DNA of 64,000 nt, taken from assembly GCA_963668175.1 (NCBI GenBank), contig OY764159.1, forward strand, positions 1,676,077 through 1,740,076, read 5' to 3'. The position numbers and the translations under genes are program-made. The DNA comes from Syntrophales bacterium (GTDB lineage Bacteria > Desulfobacterota > Syntrophia > Syntrophales > PHBD01). Below, one piece after another: positions 1 through 9,994 of the stretch (positions within the stretch are counted from its first letter, which is position 1; each line of letters begins with the position of its first letter). Under the pieces are notes generated by a model, which made no database searches, was not told where the DNA came from, and worked only from the letters and a program-made list of their open reading frames with translations.

Positions 1-273
1 CGGCAACGGACAATCCTGGCGGATAAGCCCGGGGGCCGCAACTCCCGTCCCGACCGACGGCGGGCTCCGAGTGAAGCATTTCATCCAGAACAGCGGCGGC
101 GGCAGGCGTTCCCTGATAAATAGTGGCATGATATCGGAGCCTTATAAATAATGGAGGACTGGCACGTTTCTTTCTATCTCTCATGCGAGCCCTCAAAAAG
201 CATCCGATATCCAGCAAGGCTTTAACCTATTTTCCAGTATGGAATAGATTAATTATGTTAAGGAGGAGGGAGT

Positions 274-1593
274 ATGGCCAATGAATCAGTAGCAACAGCA
301 ACACAGGCATTTGCGAAGCCAGAGACCAATACCCGCTGGTATATCGTTTTTATGCTGGCTCTGGGAACAGTCATCAACTACATTGACCGCGTCAATTTCG
401 GTGTCGCGACGCCGACATTGATGAAGGAGTTCAACTTGGGGGCGGTGGAAATGGGCGTCCTCATGTCGGCCTTCTTCTGGTCGTATACCATCATGATGCT
501 TCCTGCCGGCGCCCTTTTGAACAAATTCGGGCCCCACAAGGTCCTGGGCGCCGCGGGGCTCGCCTGGGGTGCCGTCACGATGTCGATGGCGGCCTGCCAG
601 GGTTTCGTTTCGTTTATCGTGATCCGCGTCGGTCTGGGCCTCACGGAGGCACCCGCTTTCCCGTCCAACGCCCGTGTGGTTTCGGTCTGGGTGCCGAAGC
701 GGGAAAGGACCTTCGCCTCGGCGATGTTCGACTGCAGCGCCCGGGCCGGTAATGCCTTTGCGCCCCCGCTCGTCGCCTACATCATCGCGGCATGGGGCTG
801 GAAGGCCTCCTTCGTCGTCACCGGCGCCCTGGCCGTTGTCTGGGCCATCTGGTGGCTCATGACCTATCACGAACCGTCCAAGCATCCGAGAATCTCCAAG
901 AGCGAACTCATGTATATCCGCCAGGACGAAGTCATCCATGACGACGGGACGATCAAGAGCCATCCGATTCCCATGTGGCGGCTTATCACCTATCCCACCA
1001 TCCTCAAGCTGTGCGTCGCCTATGCGCTCTATCTTTATGTCTGGGTCGTCTTCACGTTTTGGATTCCCACCTTCCTGATGAAGGCCAAGGGCCTGTCGCT
1101 GAAGGAGATGGGGCTTGCCGCGTCGGTGCCGTTCATTGTCGGCGTTCTCATGGAGCTCGTCGGCGGCAAGGTTTTCGACAAATGGTACGATAAGGGCGGC
1201 ACGATCAACTCCCTGCGCCGGACAGGCATGGGCATCGCCATGTTCGGGGCGGCCATTTTCATCTACTGCCTCATGGAATCCAACACGGCCTTCTGGGCGG
1301 TCTTCTGGCTGAGCGCCTTCATGGGAATCTTCTCCTTCGGCGCCTCCAACGTCTGGGCCATCCCGAGCGACATCGCCCCTTACGGACAGGCGGGCGGCGT
1401 CGGCGGCATCTACAATTTCGCCGGCAACTTCGGCGCCCTCTTCGGCCCGATGATCACCGGCTGGTTCGTCCAAAATTCGCCCTATGGCTTCAACGGCGCC
1501 TTCGGGCTCTGCGCGGCTTTCGCGGCAATAGGCGGTTTCCTCTACATCTTTACAAGCTATGAACGCCTGATGCCCAAGAAACAGGATATGTAA
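274..1593 (+). CDS. MFS transporter (anion:cation symporter / ACS-like)
   Basis: 439 aa, about 12 predicted TM helices, N-terminal IDRVNFGVA motif typical of MFS; ATG start with AGGAGG RBS. Confidence 0.85.
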   Translation: MANESVATATQAFAKPETNTRWYIVFMLALGTVINYIDRVNFGVATPTLMKEFNLGAVEMGVLMSAFFWSYTIMMLPAGALLNKFGPHKVLGAAGLAWGAVTMSMAACQGFVSFIVIRVGLGLTEAPAFPSNARVVSVWVPKRERTFASAMFDCSARAGNAFAPPLVAYIIAAWGWKASFVVTGALAVVWAIWWLMTYHEPSKHPRISKSELMYIRQDEVIHDDGTIKSHPIPMWRLITYPTILKLCVAYALYLYVWVVFTFWIPTFLMKAKGLSLKEMGLAASVPFIVGVLMELVGGKVFDKWYDKGGTINSLRRTGMGIAMFGAAIFIYCLMESNTAFWAVFWLSAFMGIFSFGASNVWAIPSDIAPYGQAGGVGGIYNFAGNFGALFGPMITGWFVQNSPYGFNGAFGLCAAFAAIGGFLYIFTSYERLMPKKQDM

Positions 1594-1605
1594 ACATTAA
1601 GAAGA

Positions 1606-1640
1606 TCCGGGACGGCCGCCCGCAAGGGTGGCCGTCCCGG
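1606..1640 (+). terminator. GC-rich hairpin after MFS gene (GGGACGGCC...GGCCGTCCC), weak T tract
   Basis: perfect inverted repeat seen in sequence; no clear U-run. Confidence 0.25.
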
Positions 1641-1761
1641 CCCCTATCGGCGCTTCTCATTGCAAGCGAGGCCCCGCATGAGCGGTCCTGCGGCGCATCC
1701 CGTGTAATGATCCGCGATTCTCGAAAGCAGTTAAGAAATAAACACAGGAAAGGAGTTTGTT

Positions 1762-2901
1762 ATGGAGTTCTCTTTAACGGAAGAACAAACCATGTTTAAG
1801 GAGACCGCGAGGAAATTTGCCGAAACGGAGATTACTCCTCTCATTCATCAGATGGAAACGACACAGCGGACGCCCCGCGAGCTGATCAAGAAGATGCGGG
1901 AGTTGAGTTTTTACGGAATCCAGTATCCGGCCAAGTACGGCGGTGTCGGCAGCACTTATCTCGAATACGTTATGGTCCTTGAAGAGATCTGTCGCGTGTA
2001 CTGCGCAATCGGCGGCCATATTTCCGTCAACTGTCTCTGCGCAGGGACGCTCAACGATTTCGGCACGGAAGAACAGAAGCTGAAGTACCTGCCCCAGGTC
2101 GTGGCCGGAGACGCGGTAGGGAGCTTTGCCTTCACCGAGCCGGCGACGGGCTCCGATCCCGGTGCGGTCCGGACGACCTGCGTCCGCGACGGTAACGACT
2201 GGGTCATCAACGGCGAAAAGATATTCATCACCAACTCGACCCTGCCCGGCTATATCGTCGTCTTCTGCAAGGATGTGGAAAAGGAAAACAAGATCACGAA
2301 TATCATCGTTCCCAAGGATGCCAAGGGCTATTCTACGCCGAAGCTCGTGGAGAAGATGGGCATGCACGGCATGGAAGTGGCCGACGTCGTTCTTGAAGAC
2401 GTGCGCGTGCCGTTTGAAAATACGACCGGCGGTGAAGCGGGACGGGGCAAGGGCTTCACCATTCTGACCACGGAAATCGCCATCGGGAAGCTGGGCATCT
2501 CGGCCGAGTGCGTCGGCATGGCCCAGGGCGCCCTTGAAGAGGCGATCAAGTATGCCAAGGAGAGGGTCCAGAGGGGAAAGCCGATTTCCAGCTTCCAGAC
2601 GATCCAGTGGCTTCTTGGCGAAATGTCGTCCGATGTCGAAGCGGCGCGGCAGTACCTGTACTACACGGCCTACTGGAAATCCCAGAAAAAGGATATCCTG
2701 TTCGATTCGGCGAGGCTCCGTCTCTTCGCATCGCAGGCTTGTCACCGCGTGACGAGCAACGCCATGCAGGTCCTCGGTGCGTTTGCCTATTCGAAGGAGT
2801 TCAACGTGGAGCGGATCTTCCGCGACATGAAACTGGCGGAAATTTACGAAGGTGTCAACGAAATCCAGCGCGTCATGGCTGCGGCCGGTGTCCTTCGCTA
2901 A
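1762..2901 (+). CDS. acyl-CoA dehydrogenase
   Basis: 379 aa; typical ACAD N-terminal helical domain, middle beta domain and C-terminal EIYEG motif; good RBS. Confidence 0.9.
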   Translation: MEFSLTEEQTMFKETARKFAETEITPLIHQMETTQRTPRELIKKMRELSFYGIQYPAKYGGVGSTYLEYVMVLEEICRVYCAIGGHISVNCLCAGTLNDFGTEEQKLKYLPQVVAGDAVGSFAFTEPATGSDPGAVRTTCVRDGNDWVINGEKIFITNSTLPGYIVVFCKDVEKENKITNIIVPKDAKGYSTPKLVEKMGMHGMEVADVVLEDVRVPFENTTGGEAGRGKGFTILTTEIAIGKLGISAECVGMAQGALEEAIKYAKERVQRGKPISSFQTIQWLLGEMSSDVEAARQYLYYTAYWKSQKKDILFDSARLRLFASQACHRVTSNAMQVLGAFAYSKEFNVERIFRDMKLAEIYEGVNEIQRVMAAAGVLR

Positions 2902-2935
2902 ATAGATCATAAGTATATCAGGAAGGAGTACGTTT

Positions 2936-3709
2936 ATGGACATGAAGTATTTGCTGTTGAATGTGGAAGACAAGGTGGCGACCGTAACGATCCATCGTCC
3001 CGACAAGGGGAATGCGCTGGCGCCGGAGGTTCTTCAGGAAGTGGAATATATCTTTACGGAGATCGCAAAGCGTCAGGACGTGAACGTGGTCGTGTTCACG
3101 GGCGGCGAGAAATACTTCTCGGCGGGCTTCGATCTCACGATCATCCGGAAGCTGGAGAAAGTATCGAACGAGGACTACACGGCGCTGTTCCACCGTGCGT
3201 ACCGTGCGATTATGTTCTGCGAGCAGCCGGTAATCTGCGCCGTAGGCGGACCGGCGATCGCGGGCGGATTCGACCTGACCTTGATGTGCGATATCCGGTA
3301 TGCATCCGAGCGGGCGAAGTTCGGTCAGCGGGAAATCGTTCTGTCGCTGACGCCGATCATGGACCCGCTGTGGCGTATCATCGGTCTGGGCCGTGCGAAG
3401 GAAGTGGCGCTGACGGGCCGTATCTACGACGCCCACGAGGCGGAGAAGATGGGCTACGTGACGAAGGTGTTCCCGGAAGGGCAGTTGCTGACGTCTGTCA
3501 TGGCGATCGCGAAGGAGATGGCCTCCTACGACCGTATGTGCCTGAAAGAGACGAAGCAGCTTGCGAACCACATTTTGGACGAAGACCTTGACGGCGCCAT
3601 GAAGGTCCAGGAATGGCTGTTCAGGACGTATATCGGCTCCGAGGACAACCACCAGCGCATCGACGCCCTCCAGGCCAAACTGGCGGCGGCGAGAGCGAAC
3701 AAGAAATAA
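2936..3709 (+). CDS. enoyl-CoA hydratase/isomerase (crotonase family)
   Basis: 257 aa; crotonase fold motifs (VVVFTGGEKYFSAGFDL, oxyanion hole region GGPAIAGG). Confidence 0.9.
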   Translation: MDMKYLLLNVEDKVATVTIHRPDKGNALAPEVLQEVEYIFTEIAKRQDVNVVVFTGGEKYFSAGFDLTIIRKLEKVSNEDYTALFHRAYRAIMFCEQPVICAVGGPAIAGGFDLTLMCDIRYASERAKFGQREIVLSLTPIMDPLWRIIGLGRAKEVALTGRIYDAHEAEKMGYVTKVFPEGQLLTSVMAIAKEMASYDRMCLKETKQLANHILDEDLDGAMKVQEWLFRTYIGSEDNHQRIDALQAKLAAARANKK

Positions 3710-4255
3710 CGGCCTTGCAGTAAGGGGGCCCGGGATACCGGGTTTACTGGGCCAGTTCTGCGTGCCGCGAAGGACGGCCGGATGATGCGGACATCCGGCC
3801 GTCCCCGCGCGGTGGCAGGACCGGCCCCAACGAGGCAGAGATGCCGTCCACCCCTTTGACATCGTTCAATCTTTTCTTCCTCTCCGGGCGGACCGACTGA
3901 CGCGGATATGTGCACCGGCGGAGAACGGCCGCCGTTTCTCTGCGGACGAGGAATGAATCAGGAACCGGGGCTCCGCGTGGAATTTCGATCCGGCTCGCTG
4001 CAGGCTTGACGTCTGGGGACATCCGCGGGGACGGGTTCCTGTTGCTTGTCGTGTCTGTCAACGTACCCCTTGCGCGGGCGGGCATTTGCTGGTATGAAGA
4101 GCACATCACCCCATCCGTGATGGGAAGCTGTAAGGGGTGGGACTACTGAGTGCCCTCATTTGTGTCGCCCTGCCACTTTCGGTTCCCTGCGTTGCCTGCA
4201 TTCCTGCGCTGTTGAGCAGTCATATTCTCCTTAGGAAAGGGTTATAATACCCCAT

Positions 4256-4828
4256 ATGAATGCCATATCCGTCGCCGCCATCGTTTTTGCCGCCGCCCTG
4301 GTCGTCATTTTCATCCGCGGACATCGTATCCTTAAGAAACGAGAGAAGAGGCTCGAAGAGATTGCCCGGGAGGAGCAGAGGGATGTGAGAAAGCTTGCTT
4401 ACGTCGCCTACCACGGCGGTCATCCCGACCTACCGGTGCCCCAGAAGCTGACGGCGGCTCTGACGGAGGATGCCCTTGTCCTGGTAACCAACCGGGGAGA
4501 TAAGACCGTGCTTCCCATGCAAGACTGGGTCAAGTTGGAGAAGTTTACGACAAAGCGGAAGCACGATGTGAAGCAGCGGAGCATGGTCCTCTGGGGCCCT
4601 TTCAATAATGTCATGTTCAAGGATCAGATCCGGCATTTTATAGTCGTCAACTACCGCCACGGCCGGAACGAAGATCCGGACAACCATATCCTGATCGAAC
4701 TGGGAAACCCGGACGAGAGGGACAAGGTATTTGCGGAAATCGACCGGACGCTCACGCAATTCAGACGTTCCGGTCCGGTGGCGGAGCGGGGCCGGCCGGC
4801 GGAAGCGGATCTGCTGCATACGTCCTGA
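4256..4828 (+). CDS. hypothetical membrane-anchored protein
   Basis: 190 aa; single N-terminal TM helix followed by a soluble domain; no recognisable family. Confidence 0.5.
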   Translation: MNAISVAAIVFAAALVVIFIRGHRILKKREKRLEEIAREEQRDVRKLAYVAYHGGHPDLPVPQKLTAALTEDALVLVTNRGDKTVLPMQDWVKLEKFTTKRKHDVKQRSMVLWGPFNNVMFKDQIRHFIVVNYRHGRNEDPDNHILIELGNPDERDKVFAEIDRTLTQFRRSGPVAERGRPAEADLLHTS

Positions 4829-4853
4829 CCGGTGCCAGACGGGGAAAACGGGC

Positions 4854-6995
4854 GCGATGGAAGAGACGGAAAGAGAAAAAAAGCATTTTGACAAGAGATA
4901 CTTTCGCTCTCAGGAGCATTTGAAGAAAAAAGTCCGGCTCCTAGCATCCATCTATAAAATCAGCCGGCTGCTCAACCGGTCCATCACCAGGGACAAGATT
5001 CTGCTTGCCCTCGTCAAGGAGATGAAGAAAGTCTTCGATCTCCACCGCAGCATGATCTTTCTGATCAACAGGCGGGAGAATACCCTGGAGATGAAGTACG
5101 TCATCGGTTTCTCCCCGGAAGAGTCCAAGAGGGCCTTCAAATACCCCCTGGACATGGACAAACAGCAGTGCCGGGAGACGCTCGTCGCCAGGACGGGCAA
5201 GACCATCTACATCAGGAACGCCCAGAACAGCCCGATCATCACCGAATTCGACTTCAAGATGGACCGCATCTGGCGCCGGACGTCCTCCATCTCGATGCCG
5301 CTCAAAATAAAGGGGGAGATCATCGGCGTCATCCAGGGCGACCAGACGGAAAAGGAACTCGTCCTGTCGAAGAGCGACATCGACCTTTTTTCGACCTTTG
5401 CGAGCCACGCCTGCCTGATCATTGAGAACGCCCGTCTTCAGGAGCAGTACCAGAAAAAGATCGCCCAGCTCCTCTCCCTTCAGGAAATTACGAAAAAGAC
5501 GAGCTCCACACTGAACCTCCGGAAACTGCTGAATATCGTGACGGTCAATGCCCTCAAGATCACCGGCGCCGCTGTCTGCACGCTCCTGCTTGCGGAGCGG
5601 GACTATCTCCGTATCGTCTCCTGCGTCGGGCATGAGATCGATCCCGAAAAGTTCCGGTTGAAAATCGGCGAGGGAATCGCCGGCTGGGTGGCGGAGAAAG
5701 GCGTGCCCCTTCTGATCGGCGACGTGACCGAAGAGCCGCGATATATCGAAAGCATACCGGGGATCGGGTCCACCCTGGCCGTTCCCCTGGTCAGCGAGAA
5801 GAAGGCGCTCGGCGTTCTCGTCGTGGACAGCTTCAAGAAGTCGGCCTTTTCGCTCGACGACCTGGAACTCCTCATGGTCTTCGCGAGCCATACGGCGGTC
5901 GTCATCGACAGCGTCCGTCTCTACGAACAGGTGATCGCAGAGAGGAACTTTGCCTCCAACATCCTGGAAAGCTCGCCCAACGGCATCATCACGATCGACG
6001 AGAACAAGAAAATCCGGGCGCTCAACCGGAAGCTGGAGGAGATCCTCGGCATCAAGCGGAGACTCATGCTGGACAAGAAGATCTCCGAAGTCTTCAAGGA
6101 CAACGAAATCCTCGCCGTTCTGAACCAGATGATCGAAGAGCGGCAGATCGTCGAGAACCACGAAGTCACCATGACGAAGAAGGACGGCTCGACGGTCATC
6201 CTGGGGCTCAGTTCTTCCTCCATGCAAACGGACGAAAAAGGGCTGGCGGCCATGATCATCACGATCCAGGACCTGACTGATTTCAAACGCGCCGAAGCCC
6301 TTATCCGCAGGGTGGACCGCCTTTCCTCGCTGGGGCAGTTGTCGGCGGGCATTGCCCACGAGATCCGGAACCCCCTTGCCAGCATCAACTTCAACGCCCA
6401 GCTGCTCCAGAAGAAGCTCAAGTCCGATAGAAATGTCGAAAGCATCCTCAATGACACCTTCGAGGGAATCGACCGTATCAAGGTGCTGGTGCGGCGGATA
6501 CTCGACTTTACCAAGACGGGACAGCCCTCGTTCAGCAAAAGCTCCATCAACAGCGTCATTGCCGACTCCATTTCACTGATCGAACCGCAGCTTAAGAAGC
6601 GCAAGGTCGATATTAAAAGATATTTCGCCGACGGCGTTCCCGATATCCTCTGCGATCCCCACCAGATCCAGCAGGTCTTTGTCAATCTCCTGATGAATGC
6701 GATCGAATCGATCGAGGACGCAGGTACGATCGAAATCAGATCCACCGTGGAAAAAAGGCGGTCGGACGGAACGCGCGTCGTCGTCGTGCTTTCCGACGAC
6801 GGCGTGGGCATCCCCAAGGAGAACGTCGCCCGGGTGTTCGATCCGTTTTTTACCACCAAACCCGACGGGACGGGACTGGGGCTCTCGATCGTCTATAAGA
6901 TCCTGGAGCAGCACGACGCCCAGATAGAAATCAAAAGCAGGGAAAAGAAAGGGACGTCGTTCGTCCTCCGGTTTCCCGTAAAAATGCATACATGA
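4854..6995 (+). CDS. cytoplasmic sensor histidine kinase (GAF-GAF-PAS-HisKA-HATPase)
   Basis: H-box SAGIAHEIRNPL, C-terminal ATPase G-boxes (DGVGIP, GTGLGLSI); internal ATG chosen as start because the longer ORF overlaps the upstream gene. Confidence 0.85.
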   Translation, partial: AMEETEREKKHFDKRYFRSQEHLKKKVRLLASIYKISRLLNRSITRDKILLALVKEMKKVFDLHRSMIFLINRRENTLEMKYVIGFSPEESKRAFKYPLDMDKQQCRETLVARTGKTIYIRNAQNSPIITEFDFKMDRIWRRTSSISMPLKIKGEIIGVIQGDQTEKELVLSKSDIDLFSTFASHACLIIENARLQEQYQKKIAQLLSLQEITKKTSSTLNLRKLLNIVTVNALKITGAAVCTLLLAERDYLRIVSCVGHEIDPEKFRLKIGEGIAGWVAEKGVPLLIGDVTEEPRYIESIPGIGSTLAVPLVSEKKALGVLVVDSFKKSAFSLDDLELLMVFASHTAVVIDSVRLYEQVIAERNFASNILESSPNGIITIDENKKIRALNRKLEEILGIKRRLMLDKKISEVFKDNEILAVLNQMIEERQIVENHEVTMTKKDGSTVILGLSSSSMQTDEKGLAAMIITIQDLTDFKRAEALIRRVDRLSSLGQLSAGIAHEIRNPLASINFNAQLLQKKLKSDRNVESILNDTFEGIDRIKVLVRRILDFTKTGQPSFSKSSINSVIADSISLIEPQLKKRKVDIKRYFADGVPDILCDPHQIQQVFVNLLMNAIESIEDAGTIEIRSTVEKRRSDGTRVVVVLSDDGVGIPKENVARVFDPFFTTKPDGTGLGLSIVYKILEQHDAQIEIKSREKKGTSFVLRFPVKMHT

Positions 6996-7001
6996 GGGGC
7001 C

Positions 7002-8378
7002 ATGTACCGCTATAAGCTACTCATCGTCGACGACGACCGGTTGCTGCAGAATTCTCTGAACAATATCCTTTCGGAGAATTACGACGTCATGATCGCCGGC
7101 AGCGGTGAGGCCGCCCTGCAGATCCTGAAGAAACATACGGTGGATCTGATCCTGCTGGATATCAGGCTGCCCGGCATCGACGGGGTGGAGACGCTCCGCC
7201 AGATAAAAAACGGCGACAACAGTACGGGTGTGATCATGATGACGGCTTACGAGGACATCAAGACCGTGATCACCTCGATGAAGAACGGCGCCGCGGACTA
7301 TCTGGTGAAGCCCCTCGATATCGAGGAACTGGAGATCATCATCGAAAGGGCGCTGGAAAACATCCGCCTGAAGCGTGAACTGGAAGAACTCAGGAAACAG
7401 TACATCCAGGAATTCGACATCGACCAGATCGTGGCTGAGAGCCAGGGCATCAAGAACGCCCTGAAACTGGCGAACACCATTGCCCAGAGCGACGATACGA
7501 CCGCGCTGATCGAGGGCGAGACGGGAACGGGCAAGGAGGTCATAGCCCGGACGATCCACTGCAACAGCCGTCGCTTCGGGAAGCCCTTCGTTAGCATCAA
7601 CTGCGGGGCGATCAGCAAGGAACTGATCGAAAGCGAACTCTTCGGCTACGAAAAAGGGACGTTCACGGGCGGCCTGCAGGAAGGTAAGAAGGGAAAGATC
7701 GAACTGGCCGAGAGCGGGACCCTTTTCCTCGACGAGATCAGCGAACTTCTCCCGTACTCGCAGGTCAACCTGCTCAGGTTCCTGGAAGAGAGGGAGTTCT
7801 ACCGGGTCGGGGGGACGGAGAAGCGCAAGGTCGACGTGCGGATCATCGCCGCCACGAACAAGAGCCTGGAGGAAGGTATCGCGAAGGGCACCTTCCGGAA
7901 AGACCTCTATTACCGTCTGAACGTGGCCAAGATATTCCTGCCGCCGCTTCGGGACCGGAAGGCCGACGTCATCGCCCTCGTCCGCTTTTTCATGAACAAG
8001 TTCAACGAAAAGTTCGGCAAGAATTTCCGCGGGGTATCCAAAGAGGCCCAGGCGCATCTCCTCAATTATCCCTGGGTGGGCAACGTCCGGGAGCTCCGTA
8101 ATTGCGTCGAAAGGGTGATTCTCGTCGAGAACGACACGGAGATCCGGCCGGAACATCTCCTGTTCTTGAACCACCAGCTCGACACCCATCTGCCCGCCAC
8201 TTTCGAGCCGGCATGGAGCCTTCCCCCTGCGGGGATCGACCTGGACGAACTTATCAAGAAACTGATCCTGCAGGCCCTGGAGCGGGCGCACGGCAACAAA
8301 GCCCAGGCCGCCAAACTCCTCGGCATGTCCCGGCCGACTATGATCTACCGTATCGAAAAGTACGGCATCAAAATTTAG
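7002..8378 (+). CDS. sigma-54-dependent response regulator (NtrC/Fis family)
   Basis: REC domain (LIVDDD..D), AAA+ sigma-54 interaction domain (GETGTGKE, GAFTGA-like ESELFGYEKGTFTG), C-terminal Fis HTH. Confidence 0.9.
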   Translation: MYRYKLLIVDDDRLLQNSLNNILSENYDVMIAGSGEAALQILKKHTVDLILLDIRLPGIDGVETLRQIKNGDNSTGVIMMTAYEDIKTVITSMKNGAADYLVKPLDIEELEIIIERALENIRLKRELEELRKQYIQEFDIDQIVAESQGIKNALKLANTIAQSDDTTALIEGETGTGKEVIARTIHCNSRRFGKPFVSINCGAISKELIESELFGYEKGTFTGGLQEGKKGKIELAESGTLFLDEISELLPYSQVNLLRFLEEREFYRVGGTEKRKVDVRIIAATNKSLEEGIAKGTFRKDLYYRLNVAKIFLPPLRDRKADVIALVRFFMNKFNEKFGKNFRGVSKEAQAHLLNYPWVGNVRELRNCVERVILVENDTEIRPEHLLFLNHQLDTHLPATFEPAWSLPPAGIDLDELIKKLILQALERAHGNKAQAAKLLGMSRPTMIYRIEKYGIKI

Positions 8379-8585
8379 CAGGCCGCGCCCCCTGCATGGG
8401 GGCAGTTGAAAAACGCCCATCTGCAGCGTTGCGTTTCGCCCCGCGGGTGCTCACGTACCTTGTAGTACGCTCCGCTCCGCGATGCTCGCGCGCCTTGCAT
8501 ATGGACATTTTTGAACAGCCTGTTCAGAATCTCGTTTTAGCAGGCCGCGCCCCCTGCATGGGGGCAGTTGAAAAACGCCCATCTG
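8376..8585. repeat. MITE-like intergenic repeat element, copy A (about 110-bp core flanked by a perfect 49-bp direct repeat)
   Basis: TTAGCAGGCCGCGCCCCCTGCATGGGGGCAGTTGAAAAACGCCCATCTG occurs twice (8376-8424 and 8535-8583); the core shares conserved blocks, including the palindrome TTGAACAGCCTGTTCA, with the inverted copy at 56640-56812. Confidence 0.6.
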
Positions 8586-8599
8586 TCGCACTTCAATTC

Positions 8600-9853
8600 C
8601 TATCCCTGCCGACCGCGCACTTCCTTGACAAAAAGAAAGAAGACGACGGCCGCTCCGGCCATGGCCGCATCCAGCAGGAAGGCCCAATGGTAGCTTCCAA
8701 GCGTATCCCGGACGGCGCCGCCGGCCCAGTGGGAGAGGATGGCCCCCGCGCCGTACAGGGGCGTCCAGACACCGATGACGGTGCCGATCAGCGGCCGCGG
8801 AAAATAGTCGCCGGCGCAGGCGCCGTAGATAGGGAATGTTGCGCCGTAGACGATCGCCAGGGCGCCCACCAGACAGGGGAGTACAATCGTTCCCGTACCG
8901 GCGGCGACGATCAGAAAGAGGACGATGGCGAGAAATACGTTTGCACAGAGGATAGTTCGCCTCCGGCCCAGGCGGTCCGAGAGGGGCAGAATCGTGAGGA
9001 CTCCCAGAACCTGAAAGATGCCGTGAATCGTGGCGAGAAAGCTTGCCGCTCCGAGGGAGAGGCCGGCTTCGCTGCGGGCGTAATCGACCATGAAGGTCGT
9101 AAATCCGTAAAGGGCGAAGGCGACCGAGAAGTAGGAGCCGCCTATCCACCAGAAGATCGGGTTCCGGAGAACGGCCGTAAATGGTCCGGCGGAGGCCGGA
9201 CCGGATGAAGGCGGCGGGACTGCGGCACAGCCGTCCTTATCTCCCCAGGGGACCGTGCCCGAGGATTCGGGAGTGTTCCGAAGGACCGCGGCGTTGACGG
9301 CGACCAGGGCAAGGGCAGCTCCTCCCAGGGCGAGCCATGTCCAGCGCCAGTCGTAATGGGCCGCGACGAAGGGAAAGATGGCGCCGACGGCGGCAAAGCC
9401 CAGCCCGTATCCTGTGCCGAGAATACCGAGGGCGAGGCCGCGGCGACGCGGGGAAAACCACCGCTGGATCACGGCCAGGACCGGGGTCCAGATGCCTGCG
9501 GCCCCGGCTCCCGCGAGGGCATACGCCAGGCACGCCTCACCGAGGCCCGACGCTTTCGACAGGAGCAGAACACCGGAGCCCAGGACGGCAAGACAGACGG
9601 GGATGACAAGCCGGACGCCGATGCGGTCGGCGAGGAATCCGGCGACGGGTGCGAGGCAGATATACGCGCCGAGATAGGCATTGTAGATCGTGCCGCCGGC
9701 GGTGCGGGAGAGGCCCATGTCGCGGATCATCTCCGGCAGGACAACGCCGTAGCCCAGGCGGACCGAGTAATTGATGAAGATGTCCAGAAAGCCGGCGCCC
9801 AGGATGATCCAGGCCCAGTGCAGGACTCTTCCCTGAGTCGATCGGGATGGCAT
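8600..9853 (-). CDS. MFS transporter
   Basis: 12 TM helices, MFS-like loop motifs; six-frame ORF starts with TTG at 9898, first ATG at 9853; neither has a clear RBS. Confidence 0.8.
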   Translation of the reverse strand: MPSRSTQGRVLHWAWIILGAGFLDIFINYSVRLGYGVVLPEMIRDMGLSRTAGGTIYNAYLGAYICLAPVAGFLADRIGVRLVIPVCLAVLGSGVLLLSKASGLGEACLAYALAGAGAAGIWTPVLAVIQRWFSPRRRGLALGILGTGYGLGFAAVGAIFPFVAAHYDWRWTWLALGGAALALVAVNAAVLRNTPESSGTVPWGDKDGCAAVPPPSSGPASAGPFTAVLRNPIFWWIGGSYFSVAFALYGFTTFMVDYARSEAGLSLGAASFLATIHGIFQVLGVLTILPLSDRLGRRRTILCANVFLAIVLFLIVAAGTGTIVLPCLVGALAIVYGATFPIYGACAGDYFPRPLIGTVIGVWTPLYGAGAILSHWAGGAVRDTLGSYHWAFLLDAAMAGAAVVFFLFVKEVRGRQG

Positions 9854-9994
9854 GCGTTTTTGGAATGAGAGTATATGAGGTGCCGGCCGGGTTGTCAATG
9901 GGCGATATGCCGGTCGCCGTTCCTCGGCAGGAGGGGAGAGGCCTCCGGCCGAAAGGCGGCCGAAGGCGATATTTCCCCGCCCCCCGATTCGTTC

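Noticed and set aside
160-180. Possible sigma-54 promoter (CTGGCACGTTTCTTTCT) upstream of the MFS/acyl-CoA dehydrogenase operon
   Set aside because: Good -24 GG element, but the -12 GC element is absent at the required 10-bp spacing; kept only as a comment in the findings.
286-1473. Long antisense ORFs throughout (e.g. 286-1473, 1774-3006, 4941-6359, 7017-8420, 10417-11796, 10554-11903, 12988-14448, 14763-16145, 18898-20289, 22020-23378, 22147-23556, 25606-26979, 30884-33079, 33629-35374, 37547-39091, 40592-42082, 42596-43960, 44375-45478, 46258-47100, 50228-51247, 53981-55303, 56795-58087, 59096-60181, 61433-62722)
   Set aside because: Typical high-GC shadow ORFs: Arg/Gly/Asp/Pro-rich low-complexity translations with no domains, each overlapping a gene that has clear family signatures, signal peptides and RBSs on the other strand or frame.
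3710-4255. 550-bp GC-rich non-coding stretch after the crotonase gene, scanned for sRNA, terminator or sigma-54 promoter
   Set aside because: Only weak hairpins; no convincing -24/-12 element or conserved RNA motif recognisable by eye.
8102-9208. 368-aa plus-strand ORF spanning the MITE-like repeat and the antisense of the MFS gene
   Set aside because: Runs through a repeat element and non-coding spacer; translation is low-complexity; the minus-strand MFS transporter explains the region.
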